A stretch of 64,000 nt of DNA from Myxococcota bacterium (GTDB taxonomy: Bacteria > Myxococcota_A > UBA796 > SXON01): contig JAZKFH010000013.1 of NCBI GenBank assembly GCA_040386535.1, forward strand, positions 32,001 to 96,000. The letters are read 5' to 3'. Each line of letters starts with the position of its first letter. Positions within the stretch are counted from its first letter, which is position 1. The notes beneath the pieces were generated by a model. That model made no database searches and was not told where the DNA came from. It saw only the letters and a program-made list of their open reading frames with translations. The position numbers and the translations under genes were made by a program. This document shows positions 63,255 through 64,000 of this stretch, in pieces.

Positions 63255-64000
63255 ATGGAGCTTCTCAAGGTCTACGCCGCGCTGCTCCGGAGGAAGTGGA
63301 TCTTCCTCCAGGCCATCGTGTTCTTCACGGTGGGCGCGGGTGCGCTCGCGATGGTGCTCCCCAAGCGGTACCAGGCCACGGCGAAGCTGTCGGTGGAGTC
63401 CTCGTCCGCCGAGCTCTCGATCCTCGGCGAGATGGACCTCGGCGAGATGGCGCAGTCGCTCTCGGGCTCGAGCGACGACATGCAGACCAAGATCTCGCTC
63501 GCGCAGATGCGCCCCGTCCTGGACGAGGTGGTGTGGCGCCTCCAGCTCCGCGACACCGACGGCGAGCTGCTCGTGGCGGAGAAGCTCCTGGTGCCCGGCA
63601 TCGACGGCGAGCTGCTCGCGCAGCCCTACGTCGAGATCACGCAGGCGCAGGGCACGAACATCCTCCTGTTCACCGCGAACGCCGGCACCCCCGAGCTCTC
63701 CGCCCTCCTCGCCGACACCATCGTCACCGTGTACCTCGAAGTCACGATGGAGAGCGCGAAGAAGGACACGCGGGAGGCGCTCAAGTTCGTCGAGTCCGAG
63801 CTCGAGAAGCTCCAGTCCGAATTCGACGTCGCGCTCGGTCGCGTCGCCTCGGCGCTCCAGGCCGAGCAGATCATCGATCTCGACGCGGAGACCAAGGCCG
63901 CGGTGGGCCGCGCCAGCACGCTCGTGGGCGAGATCGTCACGGTCGACGCCGAGATGGCCGATCTCCAGGCCCAGATCCGGCAGATCAAGCGCGGGAACGA
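63255..64000 (+). CDS. Polysaccharide co-polymerase (Wzc/GumC-like), 3' truncated by the window edge
   Basis: MELLKVYAALLRRKWIF…TM…LPKRYQATAKL; coiled coil ALKFVESELEKLQ; absent from the ORF track because no stop lies in the window. Confidence 0.85.
   Translation, partial: MELLKVYAALLRRKWIFLQAIVFFTVGAGALAMVLPKRYQATAKLSVESSSAELSILGEMDLGEMAQSLSGSSDDMQTKISLAQMRPVLDEVVWRLQLRDTDGELLVAEKLLVPGIDGELLAQPYVEITQAQGTNILLFTANAGTPELSALLADTIVTVYLEVTMESAKKDTREALKFVESELEKLQSEFDVALGRVASALQAEQIIDLDAETKAAVGRASTLVGEIVTVDAEMADLQAQIRQIKRGN

Overview
This window is very GC-rich bacterial DNA, most likely Myxococcota, based on MYXO-CTERM-like sorting tails, Asp/Thr-repeat lipoproteins and a Haliangium-like microcompartment. 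All calls come from motif reading and remembered family features; no searches were run. (1) 1-6.26 kb is the right end of an integrative element inserted at tRNA-Val(CAC). It carries an AIPR-family defence gene, two XRE regulators, a tandem winged-helix protein, a Cys4 finger protein, an excisionase and a tyrosine integrase. The integrase C-terminus and stop codon are encoded antisense inside the tRNA. (2) 6.3-27 kb is core or lineage-specific genes: an SPFH pair, ssb, a deoxynucleoside kinase-panB-panC run, LeuA- and LeuB-like enzymes, a thiolase, a desaturase, and a four-gene unit holding two apparent pseudo-enzymes. (3) 27.2-32.9 kb is a compact bacterial microcompartment locus of unknown substrate, with 1 BMC-H, 2 BMC-T, 3 BMC-P, an aldehyde dehydrogenase and a class II aldolase; both enzymes carry encapsulation-peptide-like extensions. 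(4) 32.9-38.4 kb is surface and outer-membrane proteins. (5) 38.5-64 kb is a dispersed surface-glycan region with glycosyltransferases, a MurJ-like flippase, an O-antigen ligase-like protein, a B12 radical SAM enzyme, sulfatase-like and acyltransferase tailoring genes, a priming transferase, Wza and a partial Wzc. It is interspersed with tex, a cardiolipin synthase-like gene and a phosphatase. Two families of short palindromic repeats recur, and a composite of both appears inserted in frame in one gene. No CRISPR array or rRNA was seen.
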